Positions 27,202-37,513 of a stretch of DNA of 41,687 bases are shown piece after piece. The notes beneath the pieces are model-generated. The model did no database searches and was not told the origin of the DNA. It worked only from the letters and a program-made list of their open reading frames with translations. The stretch is taken from IMG/VR virus record IMGVR_UViG_2585427754_000009. One strand, written 5' to 3'. Within the stretch, counting starts at the first letter, position 1. Every line of letters begins with the position of its first letter. The position numbers and the translations under genes are program-made. This DNA comes from a virus. Its lineage: Duplodnaviria; Heunggongvirae; Uroviricota; Caudoviricetes.

Positions 27202-27557
27202 TGGCCCGTATCGGGGGAACCTGTTATTTCAAAATTGACGGTCAACAGCTATCGCTGACCGGCGGCATTGAGGTGCCCATGAACAGGACGGTCAATGATG
27301 ACATCATCGGCCTGGACGGTTCAGTGGACCGCAAGGAAACTCACCGTGCGCCTTATGTCAAAGGGACTTTCAAGGTGCCGAAGAATTTTCCGGTGAACAA
27401 AATCACCTCGTCTGATGAGATGACCATCACTGCCGAGCTGGCGAACGGTCAGGTCTATGTACTGTCGTCTGCCTGGCTGCACGGCGAAGCGAACCATAAT
27501 GCCGAAGAAGGTACGGTTGATCTTGAGTTCCACGGTGAAGAAGGGGATTACCAGTAA
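27201..27557 (+). CDS. Tail tube protein (Mu gpM-like)
   Basis: 118 aa; TAATG coupling to the sheath gene. Confidence 0.8.
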   Translation: MARIGGTCYFKIDGQQLSLTGGIEVPMNRTVNDDIIGLDGSVDRKETHRAPYVKGTFKVPKNFPVNKITSSDEMTITAELANGQVYVLSSAWLHGEANHNAEEGTVDLEFHGEEGDYQ

Positions 27558-27826
27558 TGAAAGAGCTTGAGTTAAAGAAACCGATTACTGCTCATGGCGA
27601 GACACTCTCCGTACTGGAGTTTGATGAGCCCACCGGGAAGGATGTCCGCGAGCTGGGGTATCCCTACCAGATGAATCAGGATGAGTCAGTCAAACTTCTG
27701 GCGCATGTGGTGTCGAAATACATTGTGCGGCTGGCGAAAGTGCCGCAAAGCTCTGTCGACCAGATGTCTCCGGCAGACCTGAATGCAGCGGCGTGGCTTG
27801 TGGCTGGGTTTTTTCTCCAGGCCTGA
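27557..27826 (+). CDS. Tail assembly chaperone (short form)
   Basis: 89-aa ORF between tube and tape measure; ends at a G3T6 slippery run. Confidence 0.7.
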   Translation: MKELELKKPITAHGETLSVLEFDEPTGKDVRELGYPYQMNQDESVKLLAHVVSKYIVRLAKVPQSSVDQMSPADLNAAAWLVAGFFLQA

Positions 27827-27975
27827 CGGCTGAATACCTCACTGATCGCTTCTTTGACTTCGCCAGCTACTGGCGCATTAATCCTTTCGAATTGCTGAAT
27901 ATGCCGATCAGTGAAATTCCCTTACTGGTCAGTCAGGCAAACAGGATAGAGCAGGAGAAACGCACACATGGCTGA
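27793..27975 (+). CDS. -1 frame extension of the tail assembly chaperone (frameshift product)
   Basis: ORF in the -1 frame overlapping the chaperone 3' end across GGGTTTTTT (27806-27814) and ending as the tape measure begins. Confidence 0.55.
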   Translation: MACGWVFSPGLTAEYLTDRFFDFASYWRINPFELLNMPISEIPLLVSQANRIEQEKRTHG

Positions 27976-29800
27976 ATTTGAGCTTAAGGCGTTGATCACC
28001 GGTGTCGACAGGCTTTCTCCCGCGCTGTCGAAAATGCAAAAGAAAATCCGGGGATTTAAACGCCAGGCGGAAGAAGCGTCACAGGGTGGGCTGGCGCTTG
28101 GTGGCGGACTGGCAGCGGGTCTGACGCTTTCCCTGAAATCTTATGCCGATCAGGAAAACGCCGCCACCGGGCTGAAAGTCGCCATGATGGATGCGAACGG
28201 CGAGGTTGGAAAGAGCTTTCAGGACATCAATAAACTGGCTATTGGCCTGGGTAACCAGCTACCTGGTACAACGGCTGATTTCCAGAACATGATGCAGATG
28301 CTGGTGCGTCAGGGGATCCCGGCAGAAAACATTCTGGGTGGTGTGGGTAAAGCGACAGCTTATCTTGCGGTACAACTGAAAAAAACACCGGAAGCGGCTG
28401 CTGAGTTTGCTGCAAAGATGCAGGATGCTACCGGAACGGCGTCAGAAGACATGATGGGGCTGTTCGACACTATCCAGAAGGCGTTTTATCTGGGCGTTGA
28501 CGATACCAACATGTTGTCCTTCTTCACTAAAACCAGTTCTGTTCTGAAGATGGTGAACAAGGATGGTCTTCAGGCTGCACAGAGCCTTGCCCCCATCAGC
28601 GTCATGATGGATCAGATGGGGATGAACGGGGAGTCGGCAGGTAATGCCCTGCGAAAAGTTATCCAGTCCGGATTAAGCGTTAAGAAAATCAGGGACGTTA
28701 ATAAAGTTATGGCCCGCCAGAAACTCGGGATACAGCTCGATTTTACTGACGGCAAAGGAAGTTTTGGCGGTCTTGATAACATGTTCAGGCAACTGGCAAA
28801 GCTGCGAAAACTGACCGACGTTAAGCGAACAGGTGTACTTAAGGCAATATTTGGTGATGATGCCGAAACCCTTCAGGTGGTCAATGCACTAATCGATAAA
28901 GGAAAGGATGGCTACGATCAGATCCAGCAGAAGATGAATAAACAGGCCAGCCTGAATAAACGTGTTCAGGCACAGCTTGGTACGCTGTCCAACCTGTGGG
29001 AGGCAATGACAGGGACCGCAACTAACGGCCTTGCGGCTATTGGCGGCGCATTTTCTGGTGACGCTAAAAATATCACACAATGGCTGGGGGAGTTGGGGGA
29101 GAAATTCACGAAGTTTGCGGATGAAAATCCCCGGGTTATTCGCGGCGTCGTCGGGCTTGCTGCCGGTCTTGCGATTCTGAAACTGGGATTGATGGGCGTG
29201 GGCAGTGCCATCAGTATTGTCAGCAGGATTATGTCGATGACGCCGATTGGCATGATTGCGACGGCGATTGCTCTGGCTGCGGGATTAATTATCACTAACT
29301 GGGATGTTGTCGGACCTTATTTCAAGAAGCTCTGGGAAACCATTGGTCCTTATTTTGAGGCAGGTTGGGAACTTCTGAAGAAGGTTTTTGCCTGGTCGCC
29401 GCTGGGGATGGTGATCAATAACTGGGGACCGGTTGTTAAGTGGTTTCAGGATATGTGGGATAAGCTGAAGCCGATTATTGAATGGTTTACCGACAGTTCC
29501 GGTGACACGGTCGATGCCATTAACTCGGCGCAGTGGGGCGCGGGTGCTTATGATGCTTATGGGACGGGAATACCGCCACGGGGATACACTCCTTATCCGG
29601 TGGTGGATCCGGCTCAGGCAAACAACGCCTCCGATGCCACAGGCTCGAATCCCTTTATGATTAACAAAGCTATCGCGCCAAAAGTTGATGGCGAGATCAA
29701 GGTTTCATTTATGAATATGCCACCAGGTATGCGGGTTACGGAAACACGTTCCAGTGGCATTGATATTAATCACGATGTTGGGTACACCAGATTTAGGTAA
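27968..29800 (+). CDS. Tail tape measure protein
   Basis: 610 aa, Ala/Gly-rich helical protein with C-terminal hydrophobic/Trp-rich region; canonical position. Confidence 0.85.
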   Translation: MAEFELKALITGVDRLSPALSKMQKKIRGFKRQAEEASQGGLALGGGLAAGLTLSLKSYADQENAATGLKVAMMDANGEVGKSFQDINKLAIGLGNQLPGTTADFQNMMQMLVRQGIPAENILGGVGKATAYLAVQLKKTPEAAAEFAAKMQDATGTASEDMMGLFDTIQKAFYLGVDDTNMLSFFTKTSSVLKMVNKDGLQAAQSLAPISVMMDQMGMNGESAGNALRKVIQSGLSVKKIRDVNKVMARQKLGIQLDFTDGKGSFGGLDNMFRQLAKLRKLTDVKRTGVLKAIFGDDAETLQVVNALIDKGKDGYDQIQQKMNKQASLNKRVQAQLGTLSNLWEAMTGTATNGLAAIGGAFSGDAKNITQWLGELGEKFTKFADENPRVIRGVVGLAAGLAILKLGLMGVGSAISIVSRIMSMTPIGMIATAIALAAGLIITNWDVVGPYFKKLWETIGPYFEAGWELLKKVFAWSPLGMVINNWGPVVKWFQDMWDKLKPIIEWFTDSSGDTVDAINSAQWGAGAYDAYGTGIPPRGYTPYPVVDPAQANNASDATGSNPFMINKAIAPKVDGEIKVSFMNMPPGMRVTETRSSGIDINHDVGYTRFR

Positions 29801-29832
29801 AGACGAACAGGGAGGGCCGCCCCCCCCTGAAC

Positions 29833-30279
29833 TTACTGTGCGAACACGCAATTTCGGCCTGATGGGGAGCCGACAATTCTGGACATTTTTTCGCAAATAA
29901 CAGTTACTTGTTCTCCTTTTTTAAGAGCAGCAGCTGTTGATTTTTCAGAGTCTTGCATCTCCATTCTTGCTGGCATGAATTCATTTTCAGTTCTGAATTT
30001 AATAATTATAGAGTCAGTAAAGTCCTTATCAATGGATTGTACGATACCTCTAACGGCGATTAATTTACCTTTTAACTGTTCATCGGTAGCGACTTCATTT
30101 TCTTCATACTCTTTAAACAGCTGTCGAGCAGTAGTGTTGTAGATTTCTTTTTGCGGTGCCGCAGCTTCCGTATCGGATGAGTATGAAGAATTAGAGCCTT
30201 TATCGTTATTGCCTGCAAAATATCCAATAATCACCAACCCGATGAAAATATATAAAATCCATTTTAATAATTTCTTCAT
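29833..30279 (-). CDS. Hypothetical signal-anchored protein (148 aa) on a reverse-oriented AT-rich moron
   Basis: AAGGTGA RBS. N-terminal hydrophobic anchor (LLKWILYIFIGLVIIGYFAG) then a Ser-rich linker and a small beta-rich domain. Only minus-strand gene inside the plus-strand tail operon. AT-rich. Confidence 0.6.
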   Translation of the reverse strand: MKKLLKWILYIFIGLVIIGYFAGNNDKGSNSSYSSDTEAAAPQKEIYNTTARQLFKEYEENEVATDEQLKGKLIAVRGIVQSIDKDFTDSIIIKFRTENEFMPARMEMQDSEKSTAAALKKGEQVTVICEKMSRIVGSPSGRNCVFAQ

Positions 30280-30389
30280 GTTATCACCTTAATGCTAATA
30301 ATTTATATAGTTACAAATGGTAATGGCTACCACTACAAATTATGGCATTACCAGTAAATATTACTACTGATAATAAATATGGGACTTAT

Positions 30390-31718
30390 ATGACGTGGAA
30401 AGACAGGCTTCAGGATGCGTCATTTCGCAGCGTGCCGTTTAAGGTTGAAGAAGAAAGTGCGGGAACTGGTCGCCGTGTGGAAACACATGAATACCCGAAC
30501 CGCGACAAGCCCTATACCGAAGATCTGGGAAAAGTCACTTTCCGCCCGTCCATCACAGCTTATGTGGTGGGAGATGACTGCTTTGACCAGCGCGATCGCC
30601 TGATTGAAGCGCTGAATAAACCCGGTCCCGGCACGCTTGTCCACCCGACATATGGTGAGCTGAAAGTCTGTGTTGACGGGGAAGTTCGGGTCAGCACATC
30701 GAAAAGTGAAGGGCGTATTGTCCGCTTTGACCTGAAGTTTGTCGAAGCAGGAGAACTCTCTTACCCCACATCAGGTGCGGCGACGGCGCAGACGCTGATG
30801 TCATCCTGTTCTGCACTGGATGACTGCATCAGTGACAGCTTCAGCGGTTTCAGTATCGATGGTGTGGCGGATTTCGTGCAGAACGACGTTATCGGTAATG
30901 CCAGCATGATGCTGGGGTATGTTTCTGATGCGATGAAAGTGGTGGATTCTGCCGTATCGGATGCCGCCAGGCTGTTGCAGGGGGATATCTCGGTACTTCT
31001 GCCGCCGCCATCGTCAGGCAAAAATTTCGTTGAGCAGGTGCAGAAAATGTGGCGGACCGGGAAACGCCTTTATGGTAACGCCAGCGACCTGGTCACCATG
31101 ATCAAAACGCTTTCCGGTGTCAGCCTCGGCAGCGATCTGCAACCGCGCGGCGTCTGGAAAACGGACAGTAAAACCACCGCCACGGCGACGCAGCAGCGTA
31201 ACGTGGTTGCCAGCACCCTTCGTACGACCGCAATCAGCGAAGCGGCGTATGCCGTCACCCGATTGCCTGCGCCAACAATTTCCGCGGTGATGCAGAATTC
31301 CGCAGTGGGGCAGGCAACAACACCCGCGCAGAGCACTGGCTGGCCTTCCGTCACGCATCCGGCACTAAACAATGTACCGGCGGTGAAAAACACGGTTGAC
31401 CTGCCGACGTGGGAAGAACTGACTGACATTCGCGACACACTGAATACGGCAATTGATAAGGAGTTGTCCCGTACAACCAGTGATGCGCTGTTTCTGGCGC
31501 TGCGCCGGGTGAAAGCAGATCTGAATGCGGATATCAACACGCGCCTTGAACAGTCTGCACGGATCATTCAGCGCACACCGGATGAGGTTTTACCCGCGCT
31601 GGTGCTGGCGGCTACCTGGTTTGATAACGCGGCGCGTGACGCGGACATTATCCGGCGTAATGCCATTACGCATCCCGGCTTTGTGCCGGTGATCCCTCTG
31701 AAGGTGCCAGTGCAATGA
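30390..31718 (+). CDS. Mu gp43 (N)-like DNA circularization / baseplate protein
   Basis: N-terminus MTWKDRLQDASFRSVPFKVEEESAGTGRRVETHEYPNRDKPYTEDLG typical of the Mu N family. An alternative ATG at 30342 lies in AT-rich DNA without a clear RBS. Confidence 0.75.
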   Translation: MTWKDRLQDASFRSVPFKVEEESAGTGRRVETHEYPNRDKPYTEDLGKVTFRPSITAYVVGDDCFDQRDRLIEALNKPGPGTLVHPTYGELKVCVDGEVRVSTSKSEGRIVRFDLKFVEAGELSYPTSGAATAQTLMSSCSALDDCISDSFSGFSIDGVADFVQNDVIGNASMMLGYVSDAMKVVDSAVSDAARLLQGDISVLLPPPSSGKNFVEQVQKMWRTGKRLYGNASDLVTMIKTLSGVSLGSDLQPRGVWKTDSKTTATATQQRNVVASTLRTTAISEAAYAVTRLPAPTISAVMQNSAVGQATTPAQSTGWPSVTHPALNNVPAVKNTVDLPTWEELTDIRDTLNTAIDKELSRTTSDALFLALRRVKADLNADINTRLEQSARIIQRTPDEVLPALVLAATWFDNAARDADIIRRNAITHPGFVPVIPLKVPVQ

Positions 31719-32794
31719 ACGACAATGTCACGCTACGGGTAAATGGCCGGGAGTGGAATGGCTGGACATCGGTGCGCATCGGTGCCGGTATTGAACGGCT
31801 GGCGCGGGATTTCAGTGTGGAGATCACTCGCCAGTGGCCGGGAGATGAGGGTATCACCACGCTTCAGCCGCGCATTAAAAACGGTTCAAAAGTGGAAGTG
31901 CTGATTGGTGATGAGCTGGTGATCACCGGCTGGGTGGAGGCGACTCCCGTTCGTTACGATGCCCGTTCGGTCAGCACCGGTATTGCCGGACGCAGTCTGA
32001 CCGCTGACCTGATTGACTGTGCAGCCGAACCGACACAGTTTAACGGACGATCGCTGGTACAGATTGCGCAGGCGCTTGCTGCGCCTTTCGGCATTGAGGT
32101 GGTGAACAGCGGTGCGCCGTCGGGTGTTATTCCTGATGTTCAGCCTGATCACGGTGAAACGGTGATTGAGGTAATCAACAAAATACTCGGTCAGCAGCAG
32201 GCACTGGCTTACGACGACCCGCACGGCAGGCTGGTGATTGGCGGTATTGGCTCAACGCGGGCACATACCGCGCTGGTACTCGGGGAAAACATCCTTTCCT
32301 GCGATACGGAGAAGAGTATCCGGGAGCGGTTTTCTGTTTACCAGGTGGCGGGGCAGCGTGCCGGAAACGACGATGATTTCGGTGAGGCCACCACCACCGC
32401 GCTGCGGGCCCGCACAGAGGACGCATTTATTGCCCGTTACCGTCCGATGTATATCAGGCAGACAGGGCAGGCTACGGGGGCAGGCTGTATTGCGCGTGCT
32501 GACTTTGAAGCCCGGCAACGGGCGGCGCGGACGGATGAAACCACCTATGTGGTGCAGGGCTGGCGACAGGGTAACGGTACGCTGTGGCAGCCCAACCAGC
32601 GGGTGATTGTCTTTGATCCGGTCTGTGGTTTCGACAATACCGAACTGCTTGTTTCGGAAGTCACGTTTACTCAGGACCAGAACGGCACCCTGACGGAAAT
32701 CCGTGTCGGCCCGCCTGATGCTTATCTGCCTGAACCCGAAGATCCCGGCGCGCGGAAAAAGAAAAAAGCCAGAGTACAGGAGGACCCGTTCTGA
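31715..32794 (+). CDS. Baseplate hub protein (Mu gp44/P-like)
   Basis: 359 aa; ATGA coupling; order N-P-Q-V-W as in Mu. Confidence 0.75.
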   Translation: MNDNVTLRVNGREWNGWTSVRIGAGIERLARDFSVEITRQWPGDEGITTLQPRIKNGSKVEVLIGDELVITGWVEATPVRYDARSVSTGIAGRSLTADLIDCAAEPTQFNGRSLVQIAQALAAPFGIEVVNSGAPSGVIPDVQPDHGETVIEVINKILGQQQALAYDDPHGRLVIGGIGSTRAHTALVLGENILSCDTEKSIRERFSVYQVAGQRAGNDDDFGEATTTALRARTEDAFIARYRPMYIRQTGQATGAGCIARADFEARQRAARTDETTYVVQGWRQGNGTLWQPNQRVIVFDPVCGFDNTELLVSEVTFTQDQNGTLTEIRVGPPDAYLPEPEDPGARKKKKARVQEDPF

Positions 32795-33342
32795 TGAGGA
32801 CGATTGAAGCCATGCAGCGACAACTTCTCGGCCTGATTGGGCGGGCAGTGGTGAAAAGCATCAGTGCCGCCACGAAATGTCAGACCGTGGATGTGTCCCT
32901 GATTGCCGGTGAACCCAAAGCCGGGATTGAACATCTTGAACCCTACGGTTTTACCGCAAGGGCAAACAGCGGTGCGGAAGCGGTGGTGTTGTTTCCGGAT
33001 GGAGACCGTTCTCATGCGGTGGTTGTTACGGTGTCGGACCGTCGCTACCGCCTGAAAGGGCTGCAGACTGGGGAGGTGGCTGTCTATGACGATCAGGGGC
33101 AGTCCGTGACGCTGACCCGGGAGGGGATCGTGGTGGACGGTGCAGGTAAAACGATCACGTTTCGCAATGCGCCTAAGGCACGTTTTGAAATGGACCTGGA
33201 AGTGACAGGACAGGTGAAAGACCTGTGCGACTCCAGCGGCACCACCATGTCAGCGATGCGGCTTGCCTATAACGGACATCGTCACAGAGAGAACGGTCAG
33301 GGCAGTAACACCGACAAACCTGATAAAGCGATGGAGGCATGA
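32794..33342 (+). CDS. Baseplate spike / assembly protein V (Mu gp45-like)
   Basis: 182 aa; position after the hub gene. Confidence 0.7.
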   Translation: MRTIEAMQRQLLGLIGRAVVKSISAATKCQTVDVSLIAGEPKAGIEHLEPYGFTARANSGAEAVVLFPDGDRSHAVVVTVSDRRYRLKGLQTGEVAVYDDQGQSVTLTREGIVVDGAGKTITFRNAPKARFEMDLEVTGQVKDLCDSSGTTMSAMRLAYNGHRHRENGQGSNTDKPDKAMEA

Positions 33343-33767
33343 TGGAACTGTGGCTGACGGTGAACGGTAAACGCACCTGCGCCAGCGCACCGCTGGATCC
33401 GCTGACCCGCGCCGTGGTGATTTCCCTGTTTACCTGGCGGCGGGCGGAGCCTGATGACAACGCCGGCGTCCCGATGGGATGGTGGGGGGATACCTGGCCT
33501 GCGGTACAGAATGACCGTTACGGCTCCCGACTGTGGCTGCTTCAGCGCAGCAAACTGACCAATCAGCTGGTGCAGACGGTAAGGGGGTATATCCGCGAAT
33601 GCCTGCAATGGATGATTGATGATGGCGTGGTGTCCCGTATTGATCTGGATATCCGCCGCACCGGGATTAATGAACTGGGTAACAGTATCACTCTCTGGCG
33701 TCGTGACGGACCGGTAATGATTTCTTTTGATGATCTGTGGAGTGCGATAACGCATGGCGGACAGTGA
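33339..33767 (+). CDS. GP46-family baseplate protein
   Basis: 142 aa; ATGA coupling; position. Confidence 0.7.
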   Translation: MMELWLTVNGKRTCASAPLDPLTRAVVISLFTWRRAEPDDNAGVPMGWWGDTWPAVQNDRYGSRLWLLQRSKLTNQLVQTVRGYIRECLQWMIDDGVVSRIDLDIRRTGINELGNSITLWRRDGPVMISFDDLWSAITHGGQ

Positions 33768-34812
33768 ATTTCAGCGCCCGACGCTGGCAGAAAATATCAG
33801 TATGCTCCGTAACGATTTATTCGCCTGGCTGGACGTCAGCGACACGCTCCGGCGCATGGATGAAGACGTGCGGGCAAAGGTGTATGCGGCGGCGCTGCAT
33901 ACGGTTTACGGGTACATCGATTATCTGGCAATGAACATGCTGCCTGACTTGTGCGATGAGTCCTGGCTGGCGCGACATGCTGCGATGAAACGATGTCCGC
34001 GCAAGGGGGCCACGGCTGCCAGCGGGTATATGCGCTGGGAAGGTGTCAGCGATGGCCTGAAGGTGACCGCCGGGAGTGTTATTCAGCGCGATGACCTGGT
34101 GCAGTACACGGCAACTGCCGATGCAACCAGCTCCGGTGGTGTCCTGCGCGTGCCGATCGCCTGCTCAAGTGCAGGCGCGGTCGGTAACGCTGACGACGGT
34201 ACGTCATTAATCCTGGTCACGCCGGTGAATGGTCTGCCGTCTTCCGGCGTGGCAGATACACTGACAGGTGGATTTGATACTGAAGAGCTGGAAACGTGGC
34301 GCGCCCGCGTCATTGAGCGGTATTACTGGACGCCTCAGGGCGGGGCTCACGGGGACTATGTCGTCTGGGCTAAAGAAGTTCCCGGCATTACCCGCGCATG
34401 GACATACCGACACTGGATGGGAACGGGGACTGTCGGTGTGATGATTGCCAGCAGCGACCTGATTAATCCCATTCCGGAAGAATCAACGGAAACGGCGGCA
34501 AGGCTGCATATCGAGCCACTGGCCCCGGTGGCAGGCTCTGATTTGTATGTGTTCAGGCCGGTGGCGCATACGGTGGATTTTCATATCCGTGTGACGCCGG
34601 ATACACCAGAAATACGGGCTGCCATCACCGCCGAGTTGCGTTCGTTCCTGCTGCGTGATGGTTATCCGCAGGGAGAACTGAAGGTGTCGCGTATCAGTGA
34701 AGCGATTTCCGGTGCGAACGGGGAATACAGCCATCAGTTGCTTGCACCGGCAGACAATATCTCCATTGCAAAAAATGAACTGGCGGTACTGGGGACGATT
34801 TCATGGACGTGA
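33754..34812 (+). CDS. Baseplate J-like protein (Mu gp47-like)
   Basis: 352 aa; position between gp46-like and gp48-like genes. Confidence 0.75.
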   Translation: MADSEFQRPTLAENISMLRNDLFAWLDVSDTLRRMDEDVRAKVYAAALHTVYGYIDYLAMNMLPDLCDESWLARHAAMKRCPRKGATAASGYMRWEGVSDGLKVTAGSVIQRDDLVQYTATADATSSGGVLRVPIACSSAGAVGNADDGTSLILVTPVNGLPSSGVADTLTGGFDTEELETWRARVIERYYWTPQGGAHGDYVVWAKEVPGITRAWTYRHWMGTGTVGVMIASSDLINPIPEESTETAARLHIEPLAPVAGSDLYVFRPVAHTVDFHIRVTPDTPEIRAAITAELRSFLLRDGYPQGELKVSRISEAISGANGEYSHQLLAPADNISIAKNELAVLGTISWT

Positions 34813-35387
34813 CAAACGATGATTACATCCGTCTGTTGTCGGCACTGTTGCCCCCCGGTCCGGCGTGGTCAGCCAGCGATCCGGCGATTGCCGGTGCGGC
34901 ACCGTCATTAACCCGCGTTCATCAGCGTGCGGATGCCCTGATGCGGGAGCTGGATCCGCGCACCACCACTGAACTGATAAACCGCTGGGAGCGTCTGTGC
35001 GGCCTGCCGGATGAATGTATTCCGGCGGGAACGCAGACCCTTCGCCAGCGTCAGCAACGGCTGGATGCGAAGGTTAATCTGGCGGGCGGCATCAATGAGG
35101 ATTTTTACCTTGCACAGCTTGCTGCCCTGGGCAGACCGGATGCCACCATCACGCGATACGATAAAAGCACTTTCACCTGCTCATCTGCCTGTACTGACGC
35201 GGTGAATGCGCCGGAATGGCGGTATTACTGGCAGGTCAACATGCCAGCCGCCACCAACACCACCTGGATGACATGTGGCGATCCCTGTGATTCCGCGCTG
35301 CGTGTCTGGGGCGACACCGTCGTCGAATGTGTGCTTAACAAACTCTGCCCGTCGCATACCTACGTAATTTTTAAATATCCGGAGTAA
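34803..35387 (+). CDS. Tail protein, YmfQ / Mu gp48-like (DUF2313)
   Basis: 194 aa beginning [22 protein letters not shown], recalled as the e14 YmfQ family; immediately upstream of the tail fibre. Confidence 0.7.
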   Translation: MDVTNDDYIRLLSALLPPGPAWSASDPAIAGAAPSLTRVHQRADALMRELDPRTTTELINRWERLCGLPDECIPAGTQTLRQRQQRLDAKVNLAGGINEDFYLAQLAALGRPDATITRYDKSTFTCSSACTDAVNAPEWRYYWQVNMPAATNTTWMTCGDPCDSALRVWGDTVVECVLNKLCPSHTYVIFKYPE

Positions 35388-35390
35388 TCC

Positions 35391-36116
35391 ATGCATCGTA
35401 TAGACACGAAAACCGCGCAGAAGGATAAGTTCGGCGCGGGTAAGAACGGTTTTACCCGTGGTAACCCCCAGACAGGCACGCCTGCCACCGATCTGGATGA
35501 TGACTACTTTGACATGTTGCAGGAGGAGCTTTGCAGCGTGGTGGAGGCATCCGGTGCCAGCCTGGAGAAGGGGCGGCACGACCAGTTGCTTACCGCGCTT
35601 CGTGCGCTGCTGTTAAGCCGCAAGAATCCGTTTGGCGATATCAAATCGGATGGCACGGTGAAAACGGCTCTCGAAAACCTTGGTTTGGGAGAAGGCTCAG
35701 CATTACCTGTTGGGGTGCCTGTTCCGTGGCCTTCAGCCACTCCGCCAACAGGCTGGTTGAAATGCAATGGTGCGGCTTTTTCTGCTGAAGAATACCCGGA
35801 ACTGGCAAAGGCTTACCCGACAAATAAATTGCCTGATTTACGCGGTGAATTTATTCGTGGATGGGATGATGGGCGCGGGGTGGATTCCTCTCGTGGTTTG
35901 TTGACATCTCAAGACCATTTATTTGCTTCTCATGGGCACTGGTTTGACAAGTACTATGCGCTAACAGGTTTTGATCCAACGGGAGGTCGGTTCGTAGTTA
36001 CGGCTGATGCTTTCGGGGAACTTATTACGGCAAATTCAATTTCTACGGTATCGGTTGGTGGTTCTGAAACCCGGCCGCGCAACGTCGCATTTAACTATAT
36101 CGTGAGGGCAGCCTGA
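35391..36116 (+). CDS. Tail fibre protein (constant N-terminus joined to the currently expressed variable C-terminus)
   Basis: GGAG RBS. 241 aa. Recombination crossover site lies in codons 93-101. C-terminal collar-like motif [19 protein letters not shown]. Confidence 0.8.
   Translation: MHRIDTKTAQKDKFGAGKNGFTRGNPQTGTPATDLDDDYFDMLQEELCSVVEASGASLEKGRHDQLLTALRALLLSRKNPFGDIKSDGTVKTALENLGLGEGSALPVGVPVPWPSATPPTGWLKCNGAAFSAEEYPELAKAYPTNKLPDLRGEFIRGWDDGRGVDSSRGLLTSQDHLFASHGHWFDKYYALTGFDPTGGRFVVTADAFGELITANSISTVSVGGSETRPRNVAFNYIVRAA
35668..35693. repeat. Invertase crossover site (gix/pix-like), left
   Basis: CTCTCGAAAACCTTGGTTTGGGAGAA; the last 14 bp are a perfect inverted repeat of 37514-37527. 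Confidence 0.75.
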
Positions 36117-36718
36117 TGAATAAAGCCGTATTAAATAGCGAACTCATTACTACAAAGGCAGGAAACATTACCGTTTATAATTTTGATGCTGAGACGAAGG
36201 AATATCTTTCCACATCAACCGAATATCTTGTTGTGGGTGTCGGTATTCCGGCGTATTCCTGTTTAGATGCTCCTGGTACATATAAGGCTGGTTATACTAT
36301 CTGCCGTTCAGCAGATTTAAAATCATGGGAATATATGCCAGACCATCGCGGTGAAATCGTTTTTAGCACCGAAACAGGGGAATCAAAAGAAATCACAGCT
36401 CCGGGTGATTACCCTGATAATACAACCACTATCGCCCCGTTAACGCCATACGATAAATGGGATGGTGAGAAATGGGTGACGGATACCGAGGCACAGCACG
36501 GCGCAGCAGTAGATGCAGCAGAAGCACAGCGCCAGTCGCTGATTGATACTGCAATGGCCTCCATCAGTCTGATTCAGCTGAAATTGCAGGCCGGACGTAA
36601 ACTGACGCAGGCAGAAACAACCCGCCTTAACGCTGTGCTGGATTACATTGACGCGGTGACGGCAACAGATACCAGCACCGCGCCGGATGTCATCTGGCCT
36701 GAACTGTCGGAGGCGTAG
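36116..36718 (+). CDS. Tail fibre assembly chaperone (Tfa)
   Basis: 200 aa. The C-terminal third (ALTPYDKWDGEKWVTDTEAQ...DVIWPELSEA) is homologous to the C-terminus of the convergent minus-strand Tfa. Confidence 0.8.
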   Translation: MNKAVLNSELITTKAGNITVYNFDAETKEYLSTSTEYLVVGVGIPAYSCLDAPGTYKAGYTICRSADLKSWEYMPDHRGEIVFSTETGESKEITAPGDYPDNTTTIAPLTPYDKWDGEKWVTDTEAQHGAAVDAAEAQRQSLIDTAMASISLIQLKLQAGRKLTQAETTRLNAVLDYIDAVTATDTSTAPDVIWPELSEA

Positions 36719-37133
36719 GCCATTCAATATCTGGCGCACCGGAAGTATCGACCAGCTCCAGTGCGTCCAGATAATCCAGCCACAAATTATATTGCGCCAG
36801 TTCGTCACCTTTCAGACGACCAATAGCGGCTTTACCGGGCCATTGTTTACTGTTCATGTATTCGTTGGCCTGGTTAATTAATAGCTGTCTTTCTGATTCA
36901 GTAATTTCAATAAGCTCTTCATGCGTGGGTGGAGGAATATCTGCCCACGCAGGCAGCCCATCATTTCCGGCAATACGGATCTTTCCTTGTGGCGGTTCAG
37001 CCATAAACTCACTGATAATATTTTGATTCACTTCCTTAGCATCTGATAAATCCCATCCCTCTGATTTATATTTATCAATCATATCCACAGGGAAAAAAGC
37101 ATTATGCCTTGCGCTATAAACATATTCGTTCAT
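36690..37133 (-). CDS. Alternative tail fibre assembly chaperone (Tfa')
   Basis: ATG at 37131-37133 with AGGGTGA RBS. Product MNEYVYSARHNAFFP...DIEWPTPPTVQAR typical of the Tfa family. Convergent with tfa, 29-bp overlap. Confidence 0.8.
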   Translation of the reverse strand: MNEYVYSARHNAFFPVDMIDKYKSEGWDLSDAKEVNQNIISEFMAEPPQGKIRIAGNDGLPAWADIPPPTHEELIEITESERQLLINQANEYMNSKQWPGKAAIGRLKGDELAQYNLWLDYLDALELVDTSGAPDIEWPTPPTVQAR

Positions 37134-37153
37134 ATAAATCACCCTGAATAAAA

Positions 37154-37513
37154 TTACTCACCAACAGCCCACCAACTGTAATTCATCGATACCGTGTCGC
37201 TGGTTGATGACGTTCTGTAAGCAGAATTAAAGCCGGTTAACGTTGGGCCTTCTGCAGTCATCACGAACCCTCGCCCAGCGCCTAAAGGCGCACCGCCATC
37301 ACCAGAATGAGTAAGCATGGCGCAGTCCGCTTTTTTGGGGAAAGGGATGCTGAATGTAATTCTCATTGTTTGCGTCGATAATGTCGGCGTAACCGCACCA
37401 CGACCATATTGCAGGATTTTCCCGTTGGGTAATTTCATCCATCCATCACCACTGGCAAAAGAGGCCATGTCCGGTATCTGATTTTCCCCTGTCCCCACAT
37501 CCCGTTTTGCCGC
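37154..37513 (-). other. Silent alternative tail-fibre C-terminal coding segment
   Basis: Open frame without its own start codon; it begins inside the crossover site in the same codon phase (GLGE) as the expressed fibre gene, so inversion would fuse it in frame to the constant N-terminus. Confidence 0.75.
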
